The notes under the pieces: model-generated
Databases searched by the model: none
What the model saw: only the letters and a program-made list of their open reading frames with translations
Told to the model about the DNA's origin: nothing
Shown here: positions 33,001 to 47,000 of the stretch, one piece after another
Position numbering within the stretch: position 1 is the first letter of the stretch
Layout of the letters: every line of letters begins with the position of its first letter
Assembly: GCA_023920165.1 (NCBI GenBank)
Contig: CP089275.1
Span: 4,464,001 to 4,528,000, forward strand
Origin: Curvularia clavata
Taxonomy: Eukaryota
DNA length: 64,000 bases
Direction of reading: 5' to 3'
Position numbers and translations under genes: made by a program

Positions 33001-35758
33001 GCCAATGGTTCGCGAAGCAACGCTGTCCTTATTGTCTAATTGTTTGGCAAAGGAGCCATCTCTTGAACGACACGTCCTGCCACAAATTCTGGACATGACG
33101 ACTGATCCTTCCAACGGACCGAAGAAAAAGGCGATCAAGCTGCTCAAAGAAATATATCTTCGCTCCACCTCCAAGCAGGTTCGACTGAAGATTGCTGCTC
33201 CCTTACTTCTTCCCTCTCAAGATGACGAGAGTGCCATTGCAGAGCTCGGTCGGAACGTTCTCGAAGAGATATGGTTGACAACTGCTGGCTCTGGTACTAA
33301 AACTGATGAAAGTCAGCATCGACTGAACCGTGCGCAACGAGCGTCATTCATGGTAGACCTTCTGGAGTCTGTTGGCCAAAGCACGGTGCATCTGGAGGCT
33401 TTCGAGAAGTTCTTCATTCACTGTCTATCGCATGAAGCGAAGTCGCCTGCTGCAAACTTACGCATTTGTGGAGAGCTTGTTGCAGATCTAGTCGACGAAG
33501 TCATTGATCCCGGAAACGGAACAGACAACAAGTCCCAAACACGTGTCATGAATACCTTGAGCATCTTCGCGAGGATCAAACCGACCTTGTTCTCGGTCGA
33601 CTATCTCCGGCATCTGAAACTTTACATAAAGACAATCGTAAACACTGACGACGTGGCTCTCGTGCGGCCGACGGTTGTGGTTTTCAGATATGTTCTACCA
33701 ACACTTCCCTCACTTCAGCATGCTTTTGCGGAAGAGATCCGGGGGAGTCTGATGCGTAACGTTCCTAAATTAGCTAAGTTCGCGTCCTTGGGTTGGCCTA
33801 CAAGCAGAGAGACTCTCCTCGACGTTGTCCATTGCCTATGGGCAATCAGCGGAATACCGAGCATAGGTGCAGAGAAGATCCTCGTTACAACTTGTTCTGT
33901 CATCAGTCAACTTCGCCCATTGTTGTCATCAGCGCCAGTGCTGGCATCAGCCAAAGAGTCAACGTTGGAAAAGGAAAAAGAAGATGCCACCAAGCTGAAA
34001 GAGAAGATACTTTCGTACCTAATCTTGTTGGGCGCTTTTGGTCAAGTCTGCAGCCTCGACGAGCATGCCGAACCTTTCGTTGCGAAACTGCGTACTACCA
34101 TCAGCAAGAATGAGGCTCTCAAGAAGCAGATGGAGCCATCCTTGAACCAAAAATCTCCTCCCCCGCCATCACTTCTCTTACTGGAAACAGTTCGACCCTT
34201 CACTATGCAGGCTTGGGAGCTGGACATACGCGAGCAAGCATTGCAAAGCATGGGTGGCATTTGCCAACAGTCACCAGAGCATTTCATGCGAGCCGAGGTG
34301 GAAAAGGTGGTGAAACTTATATTCATCAACGAGGACAATGATTCCTTGAGGCATGTCGTACTGTCATTCTTCAGACAATTCTTTACCGTTGCTGAACGGC
34401 GCTCTGAAACGGGTGCGCAAATTGCTATCGGCAAAGGGGCTGTCAATGGCTCAGCAAGGTTGGAAACTTCATTCGCGGCCACTGGAAATGACCAAGCAAC
34501 TTTACATCTCGCCCAGAGATTCCTGGAAGACTTTGTGAAAACCGCGCTGCAGAACAAGAATGAGCTTGCTGTAATCGCCACCGATATCATTGCCAGCATC
34601 AGCCGTCAGGGACTTGTTCATCCTAAAGAGTGTGGTGCTGCGCTTGTAGCCTTGGCTACTTCACCGAACAAAGGTTTGGCTCAAGTGGCGGGTGACGAGC
34701 ATAGACGGATCCATGAAAAACAGGAATCCTACCTAGAAAAAGAGTACATGCAGGCTATACGCATGGCTTTCAGGTATCAACTGGATTTGTTCAATGATTC
34801 ACGTGGAATGGTCGAAGCTACTCATACTCCGAAGCTTGCCAAACTATTTGATGCGCTGAAGACGGGCAAAAAAGCAAGTCTCAAGAAATTTATTGTCAAC
34901 TTCTGCAAGCAAATCGATTTTGACCTCTCCAAACTGGACGCTAGAGACCCCATACCAGAGGCTGTGCTATATGCTCGTTTCTGCCTGGAGAACTTAGCTT
35001 TGCTCGACTTTCCACATCAAGAAGAACTCGCGGTATTCCTCAATGCGATTGAAGCGATGGTGCTCAACACGACCGGGCCAGCCGTGGGAGTCGTCATAGC
35101 AGAAGAACTTCCGAAGCAATACATTCAAGTAGAGCAACCGCGGTTGATCGATCCTTTCCAACAACAAATGCTTGCTAATGGATACATGAACGGCGCACCA
35201 CCACCACAACATTTGCCACCAGTGCAGCAAGACATGCCTCAGCTCGCACCACCTAACATTGATGACGGCCGCCTTCGTCAGATCGCAACTGCCTGTTTGA
35301 TTCTCCAGATGGTATGGGAGACTCGGAGTTTTGTTCGGCGATGGTATGGCATCAAGCACAATGGGCCTATTTCTCCGAAGGAATATGCCAAACCTGCAAC
35401 TCGCAACCACCTCGCTACTACTAGCAAAGACTTATGGGAGCGTCTTTCTGGAGCTATGCATGCTCTCAGCTCCCGCGAAAGTATGGTGAAGCAATGCTAC
35501 GACTTTGCAGACTTGCTGGACATCGACCGGGAAACTTTCGTTGATGCAGACGCCGATGACGCTCTAGATGCAGGATTTGAGACACCCAACGAAGATGGAG
35601 AGAACGGTGTTCCCTTTCCAACTAGTGGCCGTGGTAGGAAGCGGAAGAGCAATGTCAGCTTAGGTGGTAGTACGCCCAAGAAAGCAAGGGGACGATCTGC
35701 GGGGTCGAAGAAGAAAAGGAATTCACGAACACCAGATGGCGACGACGATTCAGATTAG
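30021..35758 (+). CDS. SCC2: Cohesin loader Scc2/Mis4/NIPBL, ~1837 aa
   Basis: Exons 30021-30138, 30219-30408, 30457-30599, 30646-32707, 32758-35758. ALPYSPFTS, QIFARYPDQR, VLGSPQWPAA, DSSPMVRE, RQGLVHPKEC..ALVAL (Nipped-B C-terminal domain). Confidence 0.93.
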
Positions 35759-38700
35759 GTACCATGATCGGATCAGCCATGAAGGAAGGAAGAAGGCAAG
35801 AGCATCTAACATGACCATACCATGATTGATCATTCACATACTCATATATACACTACGTCCGCATTATACTCGCGTCAATAAAGCGAGTGATCTTCTTTGT
35901 CTTCAAAAAGCATTCAGCGGCGTTCAAAAAAAGGGTTTATGCGGCATCGATACCCTCACCACTCGGGTCTATATATACCGCGTGTCGGCGTTCTCATCTT
36001 AGCCAAATTCCGAGTTTCCTCAGAGATGGTGGTTCTGTATCTTTCTAGCTGTTTGCATGCTAAGGAGATATTCGGTGTACCCAAATGTAATACTTAGAGA
36101 TCAGGGCATCTAGCATAGTCTAGCATGTCTCCCAAAATAAATTATATGTGGGCGAGTTCGTGGTGAATGAAAGAGAGGTGATGATAGTTTAGTACCCAAT
36201 ACTCTATATCATGACAAAAGCATGACGAACCCCAAACTAGGCAATTCAAATACTAAACTTCCTCTTATTATCCCTGCCCAAAAGCGATGATTTTGCTGTA
36301 CGTCTGATTAAGCTTCAGCCCCCTCTGCGACGTTGGCCGCAAACGCCTCCCTTAGAAGCAAAATGACTTATCCAAGAATCGTACCATCTCCGTGACTGCA
36401 TTAAGCTCTACTGCAACTCGTATCGCCATATTTCGCCTCTACCCGCTATGCGGCGTCTTATCTGTGTGCCACCAACATGGTATCTTACCTACAGATCTCG
36501 ATAGCGGCCCGACCCTCCGTCACTACCGCCATCATCGCCGACTAATCTCCAAAAGCTTACAGTACTTGTGGAAAAATGTGGACTTGTGTGCTCACTTACT
36601 GTTTCTAGTAACCTGAAAAGCATAAGAAAAATGCAGGATAGGGCTAATATTACGAGCAGGTGGTTCAGAATTAACACTGCGATGCTCCTGATTGGTGGAC
36701 TAAAAAACTGGGTGGCGCCAACCTTCGTATTAACTATGCGTAGATCTGCTCATGAGTGGTGAAATCCGAGAAGTAAATGTTGGGCAAGAAGACCCCTCGA
36801 GTCTAAAAGGGAAAAGGGGAGAAGATAAAAGGATTTACTTTCCACAATCAAGTGACACAAAGAACGGCGGTTGTTTTAAAACTTGCTGGGTCGGCGGAAT
36901 GGGCGGAAAAGAAACCCAAGCAGAAGGTTCGAATTAACGACGAAAAGCTAGAGAGGACTTGGTTAAGAAAAGATATTCATGATAGTTATTGATAATGATG
37001 GAGATAGAAGAGACGTAAAAGAAAGGAGGCAAACTGAAAAGAACAGTTGGAAGTGGCCAACACCTGGCTTTGGTCTTACTCGCAGAATTCTACAAGGCTT
37101 GAAAAGAGATCGAAATACCCGGTAGAGGAGTGTAGATGAGATTATGGTTCTACTATCCTCCATGCGACAGATACGAGTCGCCATGAGCGGAGGTCTTCAA
37201 CTGTAGCTCTTGGTTGAGAATTTCTTCTCGCATGCCAAACCACGACATCATTCTATTTTGTACTGGTTTCGGATCAAAGGGCCGCCCAATATCCATCACT
37301 GAGAACATATAATAAGAGTAAGGAAATCGGGTGGTAGGCGAGACATGATATGCCAGAATAAGTGTGTCAGTTTTGTGGTACGCCAACGTCATGGGCGGCA
37401 TAGGTCTCAACAGTTTTGCACATCAGCTTACGAATCCCCTTTGGGCTGTTTTGAGACCCAGTTTCGGAGCCCAACACCACTGTTCAATGTGAGGATATGC
37501 CGCGGACCCCGAAGAACCAGCGACTGTAGCTGCCATGCTGCTGTTCGAGGTACACTGACTTCAAAGGCATACGCAATTAAGGGCTAAGGGGCCGAATTGA
37601 CGCACCGATGCCGGAAAGAACGGCTGCATACAGTCAAAAACTATTCAGTCAGCTCGCAGCCAGTGTGACTGGTCTCTATCTGGTAGGACAGAGAAATGTT
37701 CCTAGGGTTCAACGCCAAACTACTACAATTCTGGCAATGTTCACATTGTACAATCTCTCACAGGTATGAAAGTAGATTGACAGCAAGCAGTTCACAGGAC
37801 GGGAAGGACCCTTCTTCCTCCGGCCTTCTCGGAACCCGTTCTCATCAGGCACACCATGTCAATATCCCAATGCATTTACGGTTCCTCAGACATATCTTTA
37901 GATGCCACTCTAATGACCGCTTTAGTTCATTGTCTCCTGGATTGGGCTGCTTGTGTTACGCCTAAATTGGTCTGCATATCTTCGGTTGGGGAACGGTCTC
38001 GCCAATGCAGTCATTGCGAGTAAGTGTGCGTCTCTGATAGTGCTAAGATATGCATCTCTGCATATACCTATAACGCTGCTCTTAAGGTTTGTGTTCTTAC
38101 GCCACGTTGCCAATGCCTTTTCACAGGAGGTTCGGCGCGGGCCTGAAATGCAGCTGACATATTGGGATGCGGTGGAAGATGCACGTACGTCAAAAACTCT
38201 ACCACTTCTGACCAGTCAAAGAGGTCCTTCATATCTTTCTAGGAACTCTTTGCAGTCGCAGGATCGATACTCGGACAGGAGTACGTTGGCTGCTGGCAAG
38301 CGGCCATTTGCCTGCTGTCAAGAGAATAGACCTGGATACTTTGTTTTCCGATATTGCGCTTCGTTCACTACCGTCAGTATTCTCTTTTTGGAGAACGCGG
38401 TCCTGTCTGCGGAGCTTACTGCTTTCAAGCTTCCGATCAAAGTCACACGATACGTGTCCCATAGGCATACAACTAAGAACTGTGGTATTATGCCTCTGCT
38501 GGCCAGATTGAGGCAACAGGTACGACACAATTTCAAGTCATTCCAAACAAGACTTCAAAACATAGTATACTTGCGAAAGGCAAGCTTTTGTCAAGGAATA
38601 TTGCCGAGTATACACCATGATGTTCGAGTCCCTGGCGAGCCTAGGAAATATTTGCCGCCAACTCCGGAGCACGCGTCTACCCCACATCCCAAGTACGGCA

Positions 38701-40479
38701 TCAAGGGCCCATGATTTTGCTTAAACTTCACACATTGTAAGGGCGCCAAGATCCAAGAGAAAGCCTAGCTTCGGAAGTCTTCTCGAAGACCCTGATTACG
38801 CATGGACGTCAGGGCCGATGTTCCACGAACCTGTTCCTTTGTGGCAGACTTTCAAGGATGTTGTTCAAGGGGTTGTCTCAGGGTAGCGACAAGTATTCCG
38901 ATGTCACTCCTACAGTCGGTATGTGGATATCCGCTTTAACACGGGGATGTAGTACCGTAAGTACCCACAATCGCAGCTCACGCGCCCCTTCTCTCCGCAA
39001 TTCCAACATTTTTGTTATATCAACGCCCCTTGTCGGATATAATTGCGCAATGCTTGAATACGGGCTAAAGAACCGCGGCAGCACCAGAGGCCGTCCCTTA
39101 CGCCCGATGCAGTCGCATCGGCACGATCTGCGTACCAATGCATCCGATATCTTACAGACTAGACGGACCTCTGATATTGCAAGGTGGTGATTCAGAACCG
39201 AGGCTTCCTCTCGATGGCGCACCTGAGATTCTTGTGAGTTTGATCTTAATATCCGAGCGATGCGCCACACTCCGAAGCTCGTGACGTTTGAAAAAGAAAA
39301 CATGAACACCAAGAAAAAGGAATAAAACGAGAACCCGAGAACGAGAGCGAATATATTAACAACGGGGTTTTTGGCCAGAGACATGGGGGGCAAGGTTCAT
39401 TAAATCGCCTAACTGCATGTGAAGCGGCAGGCCATCGCCCTTGCGATCCAGCACGTCTGATGCAGTGCCCAACAAGGAGAGAACCGCCGGTTCAGAACCT
39501 ACTTGTGGCTCACAAACCGAAAGGACCGGCGCAAACCCATGCAACTATTATCCTGACAATTATGGACAGCAGAAAGTTTGATTGGCCAACAGAAAGTTTT
39601 CTTCGACAAATGATCAGAAAATTAGTAGCAGTGGGTGTGTACACTGCACTAACCACGGCTGCCTACCACCCAGAATTTCGGAAAGAGGTGCAAGCGTTCT
39701 GCAGGTGCTGGGGTCGTGCCGCTGTATTTCCTTGGTACTCGTGTCTACCCTGGCCAGCTGGTAGCCTCAAGTCGTATGATGCATTCGTCTTTTCCTAAAG
39801 GAGTCTTTCGCCTCTTGCCAGCGCAGCTCTGGGTGGTGGCCTGTTTCTGATGACAGAGTCATTAGGCGATGTGCCAGCCAAGAGTCCCAGCTTGTCACGA
39901 TAGCATCATCACCTCACGCCAGGATGATCCAGAGATGTGTCCAACAAGGTCATGGCGCAGTGTCTCCAGGGTGCTCAGAGCTTAGATCTACACTGCGGCA
40001 TAAGGCAGGACGTCGGTGATGCCGAACCTAATGTGCGTGTGTCGTAAGATCTTTTTTTGTGTTGTTGTTGTACAGCAGTTTGAGGGCAGGGCTCAGTTCC
40101 GCGAAAGCAAGGCTGGCAGAGGATACAGTCACTCGGTGAAAGAGGACGATGCACCTTGCATTATATCAATACCTTTGCATACTGTCGTGCTATGGTCCAG
40201 TCTCTACGCCTTGCAGGATAAGCAGCCTCTCCCTCGGGACGACCCTCCACAAAACGAAGGGCGAAACGCCCTGGCCGGTTGACTGCAGTAATCTCCACCT
40301 TGCCTAGCTCAACGCCATCTAGACGAAGGGCTCGTAATTGGCTGTCCTTCTTACACGTCTAGTGAACGCTCGCGGCTGACGCCCGCCTCCACCGTCTGCA
40401 CATCTACTCGACCGGTTAAAAGGCTGAATCCTCAGCGCGGGCCAAAACGGTCGTCCACCCGCCCTTTGTATCCCTGTCG

Positions 40480-40870
40480 ATGCTGCAATCACTATCTAAG
40501 CATACATAATGATTACCGAGATCTGGCGAATGACCGACGAACGCGCGCGGTACCTAGAGGTACAAGCCAAGGTGCAACCAACGAAGTGGTTGGAAACCAG
40601 AACCCCTACCTACCATGTTACCCACAATCCTGAGGGTCGATCGTGCAAAGTCGCTTCCGCTAGATGTACACCTGTACAGAGGAGGCGCTCTACCTTGGCG
40701 ACGAATATGTCGCGTACTCCGCTGCATGCTACGATCGGAGCCACCATCGCAGTATGGCTCTTCTGGTTCTAGTAAATGGAGCCCAGGAATCCTTTTGCGC
40801 CGCAGTGGAAGAAGATCTTGCACATCACAAGCAAGCCTCACGCCAGCCACACGCAATGTGCATGATCTAG
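40480..40870 (+). pseudogene. Possible frameshifted relic of a 2EXR/F-box-like gene
   Basis: ITEIWRMTDERARYLEV (frame of ORF 40509) is followed by LPTILRVDR in the next frame, echoing the ..IW....R..EV / LP.LL.V.R pattern of 2EXR-like proteins. No intact ORF. Confidence 0.25.
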
Positions 40871-43800
40871 AGCCCATGTCCGCACACACCTCCGATCAAT
40901 GTCCAGGCTATCCACAAAGTCACACCATAAAGGAGACATGGAGTACTACCACTTTCGGCAGTTATTATCGTACCAGGAATCAGAAGGAAAGTCCAGCCTA
41001 GCGTTGCCCTTCACCCAAAAACCGGTTCCAAATGTCCGCTTGCCGCGACGGGACGTGACGATCTGTTAGTCAGGTAATGACCCGCTTCCCTGAATGTCAG
41101 GCCGGCTTTTCCGAAGCGCAGCTCACTTACTTTTTTGAACCCCGAACGGCCAGTCAACGCGCTTGCATGCTCACCGTATTCCGAGCCTACGGCTCGCACG
41201 TTGGCAGGTCTAACGTCACTACACTGGAGATGCAAGCCCCCCTATAGTCTGCAGTTCACATGTCAGTACTCACCCCCAGTGTCTTCCTGGTATTCTCCGC
41301 GCGGAGACGGCACATTTCTATAGTGGGTACCCTTTCTCGTTCCTACCCGAAAAATCTTTCCCCTTTCTTTTCATCTAACGAGATGAAGAGCCACCTCCGG
41401 CAAGCCGAGGCCTAGACAATCAGCCTTAAAATGTGGAGAAGGATGCTGGGGTTGCGGCGTTCGTCCGAGCGAGACACGACCTTGGCGCATGTAGGAAATG
41501 GGCTGGCTGGATTGATTCGGTATTGCACGCAGCACTACCGCAAGGCACTGCAGTGTCACCATGGTGGGCCCTGGATCTGCCTGGGCCTTTGTGCTGGGTC
41601 CAGGACAGTTGTAGCGGAGCGTAGGGAGGGGACTCCGGCGCTGAGGTGTGTCAGTGATGAAGGAGGCTTGCAGCTTGAGTCTATGTGTGCATAATACTTC
41701 GGTTCCTCTCTGTCGGGTGGGGCGTATATACATAGAGGGAGGGCTTAATGCTTCTTAACAGCATTGTTAAGATGGTAACTACTTCGCCTCTTGTTCACGC
41801 CGTGTATCGGCACAAGGTCTGGCAGCCTTATGAGCACACACCAATGAAGACCTCCATCTTCCCCTGATGGCACAAATGCAGTAGTGGCCTTGCTCCGTTG
41901 ACTGCAAACGGCAAATCCTGGAGGGGCCATGACCAGACCACTGTTTGTGATACACACACAAAAGGCCCGTCCCCGTCAGCCATGATCCGTTTCTGCATAG
42001 TGTGGACAGCAGGTGTGCTGATCGCATGCAAGGGTTCCAGGCAAGCGCAGGGGTGTATCTTCTGGCCCATGTGGCCGATATGAGGGAAGCTGACCCGCAG
42101 GTTTTCCAGGTTCCAATGACAAAGTGGTGTTGGCCATTAGAAGAGTAACCCAGCCTCAGCAGATCTGGGGTGCATGGCAGAGCAAATATGCCCTTGCATT
42201 TACCTCTTGGAGCAAGCGGTAAGGTGGTCTCCGTAGCCTTTCGTATACTTCTGTGTTTAGTTTCCTTACTTGCCCTTAAAAGGAGGAAAGTTCCTTGTAC
42301 CCCGCTCCGCAAAGATATATCCTTTGCTGAGGCGCTAGACTGGAAGGCTCATAGCTAGGCGATGATGCGTGCGTTGTATTGTATGTTCCCCATTCTGAAG
42401 GAGCCTTTTCACACCACATATGTATGCAGTATCCCAAAACGTCCACCAGAAGCTGTCCTGCAGGTCTGATCAGAAATGGAGGGAAAGAAAAGCTTGGCTT
42501 CGGCTCAGTGGTTAGGTGCTCAAGGACCGGGCGGAACCTTGGGATCGGGAAGCCGACTATGACCCGGTACGACAGTGGCGGGAAGGGAGATGGGTTGTGG
42601 GTTGGGTGGGTAGCCTTGTTAGTGGGAGCTGAGCCCCGAGCGTCAGGTGTTCAAGTGCCGACGTGATCCGTCATGTACCTGCTGCTGCACCTATATGACC
42701 CTTGCATCATTCTCCCAAAAGACTTGTTGTGCTTGCTGCAACGATAAAATCTCTGTTGCAAATTGTGACTGGGAAGAGACCGTTTTACCTCCGTTGTGGT
42801 TCAACAGACTGAAATCTCAACCGTGAAATCATTCGCGATGATGTACGATGTTTGAAAACTTCCCACTATTCAACAAGATAGCATTCATTATAGCAAGCCT
42901 GTGATATAATTGAGGTTTATTGGCTCGTCTGTTCATACAGCATAGACGTCAGCAACATACGTGCCCATCGATCCGCGGCACACCCACTGCAACAATGGTC
43001 ATCTAAGAGAGATGTCATGCGTGCCAAATTGTGCAGAATGAGCTGCATCTTTCTGGTGCTTGTTGCACGTGTCCGTCCCAGATAGGCATCAAGGGCAATA
43101 TGTAGATTTGGTTGGATACAGGGGCCAGACATCTGAAACGCTGATCCTTGGTATAGTAGTGTATGAATGAGACAGATGGACAGTCGGCCTAAAGCACACG
43201 GTGCAGCTTCACCTAGTGACCATAGTAGCCATGCTATTGATCCACCCACGCGGCACAGGGCAAAGGTCAAACAAATCTTCTTCCAAAGGAGCACCGTGAT
43301 ACAACGCGCGTACAAAGAACCATATTTTGCAGTTTCTGAAATTACTTTGCTTAGAGTTGCTTGATGCTCAGTATATGAACTCGAATCCAGTCCTACTGTA
43401 GTGTTGAACATCTATCATATCCTCCGCTGTGTTCTAGAAATGAAAGCAAGATGATCTGCCAAAAGGGGTATAATGAACAAAACAATATAGCAAAATCTGG
43501 AGTAGATTCCCAAACCGGTGAGAAGATGTGCGAATGAGTAGGAGATATTGCGCTCTTTAACAAATGGACATGGGTATGTAAAGGAAAACAAGTAGAACGA
43601 ACAGCATGACGTGATAAAGTTCGGCACCGGAAAATGCACGTTTGCCCCTTCCATCACACCGAGAGCGTAAACGGCGAAAGAATTGAAAGGTGGAAAGGAT
43701 ATCTTCAAAAGGCCCAAAATCATTATACATAACATCGTGATAAACTATCCCAGAACATGTGCGCCTAACTTGAGGAACGCCAAGGCGACCATATTCGATG

Positions 43801-44045
43801 TCTGTGCACCGGGAGAAAGGAAGGATAAAGTGAGCCAGGTGAGCGGGGAGCGACGTCAGAGAATACGGCGATGCTACCGTGGCACACCATTTGTTGATCG
43901 AGATCGAGACTGAGCCAAGCAGGTATTATGACAGGCAATTGCAATCAAAGGGGTCGACTTTATTGCCACCACTACGTGGAGTGCCGTGTGATGATGCCGG
44001 GACGACAAGGGTAGACGATGGCGCGAAGCGAACAGTCAGTGCAGC

Positions 44046-47000
44046 TTAGAGTGCCAGTCCAGTGCCATCACCAGTCCAACGGTACAGGCTCAGCATCTCC
44101 CTTCTTCGTTGCTGCGCAAGTTCGGCATGTTCGTCCATGCCGCGACCGCGCACTTGTTGCAAGGCAGAGCGCATGACTTTTCGGAAATTTCGCTATAATA
44201 CGACTGTTAGCATGACTGATCGTGTTTGACTAAGTTTCGCTGTGGCTGAAACACAAACGAAGACTGATCGCGGAATTGAAAAATACTGAAGCACTTACCT
44301 GGTACTCGGTATTAAGAGTGACGATGCAAGCCTCATGCGCCCGTACAATGACTTCGCACGCTCTTACTATCTTAGGATTGGCGTCTCCTTGCAGTTTATC
44401 GGCAATGAGGAGTAACAGGAAGCTTCCTTGTAGAAGGTATATGCCAAAGAAGAACGGCATGAAACTTAGGTCAGGATCTAGTTCAAGGACCTCATTCAAT
44501 GCCTCCGCTGCATGAACAGCGTGGCCCGTAGCATCCACAAAACTTTGGGAGGAAATCCAGAGGTCATTGTCGTCCAGCAGCGCGATGGGGTCCCATTTTC
44601 CGTTCAGCAAGATATGGAGAGTGTGCATGAGGTGCGTGCCATAGGCTTCCACAATCTTAGCGTGCATCAAGTTTTCCTGAGCTCTGGACATGGAAGAGTT
44701 GACAGACCGTACGGAGGGTGTGCTAGGGCGTACAGCGTCCTGCTGCGCTTCAACACTAGCCTCGTGGACTGCACGGTTCCTGAGTTCTTGCAATGAGTGA
44801 CCATAGGCTACCAGCTGCTGGCTGATCTCTACTACATGGTGTTCCCAATCAGTCTTCGCTCCAAAACGAGGATGGTTGCGAGCATGATACAAGTCGGTAA
44901 TCTCTCCCAGGATTGTCATCAAAGGAAGGAAAAATCCGAAAATGGAGTGCCCGGTGCACTCGAATGTAGGGCCTCTTCTGCGAAATGTGTGATCTGAAAA
45001 CGATTGAGCGGAGTCCTCGAAGAATTCTCCAGATTGCCATACGTTATCGTCAAGCGGCTGCAGAAGGCCGGAGCATTCCACGTCCAATAAAGAGAGCGGT
45101 CGGTTATAGCATAACGCTAGATGGCTAGGGATTGATCAGCATCTACTGCAATTGTGGCGTGGTTGAAGAGCCAAGGTATCGACCATATGGTTCCCGCGAT
45201 AATGCTTTGTTGGTGTGATATTGGTGGTGACAAAGACCAGAAGGCTTACCGATCAACAGTGAACAAAAGCCACCATATACGTCTACGCTCTTCCCTTTGC
45301 TCCTCGGTATAGTTGACTGGAGAATGTTGGCCGGTTGGATATGCTCCTCCCGCGTGTTCAGCACGAATATCCCTCGACATGCTTTCATCGTTCGCTTCGG
45401 ATGGAGGCGTCACAGGTACTTCTTTTCCCAGTTTGAGCTCCCTGGCTAGTGACCATGCTGCATTCCACCAGCGCAGCGACGCAGCCTTGTACTCGCTTGC
45501 CGAAATCACGATGGCTAGGTGCATGTAGGTAGCCACCTCGTCCAGGCCTCCGGATGCTCCCGCTATACAGTTTTGCGTTAGCTTTGAGGGACCTAAAGCT
45601 TTTCCAGTGCATGTCGACTTACGCAGACCTATCTCGGATTCTTGAGCAGGCATACCAAAACCGTCCATGGTAACGGCGCTATCAACCATATTACCTGCGG
45701 CAAAGTTTGCAGACCCGGTATCTGGACTACCTGGTGTCTGATGGACCAAGGGTCTCAAGAGGCCGATCGTCAGGTTTATCAACTTCTCAGAAAGCTGACT
45801 TCGCGAAGAGGGCGATGAGGAAAGATATGGTGACTCGCTTGTCAAGCAGCCAATCCACAACATGCTGGCCAATAGTGCCGGGCTGCACACTCGTGGGTTG
45901 TTTGTCCTAAGAAACGACCGCTTTCGAAAGACATAACCAAGCACATAGGGAGAGACAGGCTGCATAAATGCCGAAGAAGAGCTCTGGAAGTAAACTTCGA
46001 GAAGGTCGCAAGCCAGTGACACTGGCATAATATTTGTTAGATGGGGAACCAACGGTTGCAAGACAGGATACCTCAGTTGCTGAGACTGGTTCTGTTGTGG
46101 TGGACCAGAGTACATTGTGGTAGAGGGAGAGGGTAGAATCCAGCCTGGGGAGCCGTCGACTGGCGACTGGGCCATGTAGCCCATGTTTTGATGTTCTTCT
46201 GGCAATCCAAAGTTGCTTGGTTGTCCTTGTGCATGCACACTCTGCGGGCTCATCATGCTATAAGGGCTGTCCGAGTACTCGATAGCATGTCCGTGAGAAG
46301 GAACGACAGGATGCATTCCCGGCTGCATCACCTGGAGTGGCGGCTGATATGGAAGGGTTCGATGGTACTCGATCGATGTGTACTCAGGGATAGAGTGTTG
46401 CATAGAAAGCCCATGTGTCTGGATGCGAGGCGGTTGCATGGGCTGTATAGGTTGCATCCCATTTCCCATTTGATGGTGAATATCGCTTTCGGGGATTGTG
46501 TCAATGGCATTCAGACTCATGGTCCTATTTGGATAGATCGGTGCAGCATCCATGTCGGATCTCGTCGTTGCGATACTCGCAGATCGCGCCGGTAGCTCTG
46601 AAAGAGGTCTTTGCCCTTCGGGGAGCTTTGGACTGCTACTTGGAATTGACTCCGCAACCTTGTCCGAAGGGTGTGGAGTATTAGACTCTTCAGACTTGAG
46701 TGTGCTGTTCCCTGCGGTAGCGGCGGCGGCAGCAGCCTGCTGCTGGGCAATATCCTTTCTGGATGCTTTCCCGCGCTTTTTGCGCTCACGGATGTATTCG
46801 CACGTCAATCCAAATTCTGGAGTTTGGTTAGTGAAACTATCAAAACTAAATAGTCTTCGAGTGGCAGGATATAGACGGCAGCGTTAGCTTCCGACTAGGA
46901 AACCCTAGCAGACGCCACACAAGACAACACCGAATACGCTGCCGAATATCCCCAGGCCACTGCGGGGTTCGCGCAGTCATCCAAGATTCCCCGGAACGTA

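Noticed and set aside
37953..38714. 253-aa plus-strand ORF in the gene desert
   Set aside because: TTG start, no domain or coding-like composition; kept only as part of the desert finding.
42917..43735. Minus-strand ORFs of 164 and 106 aa downstream of xlnR
   Set aside because: No motifs; more simply explained as xlnR 3' UTR or intergenic sequence.
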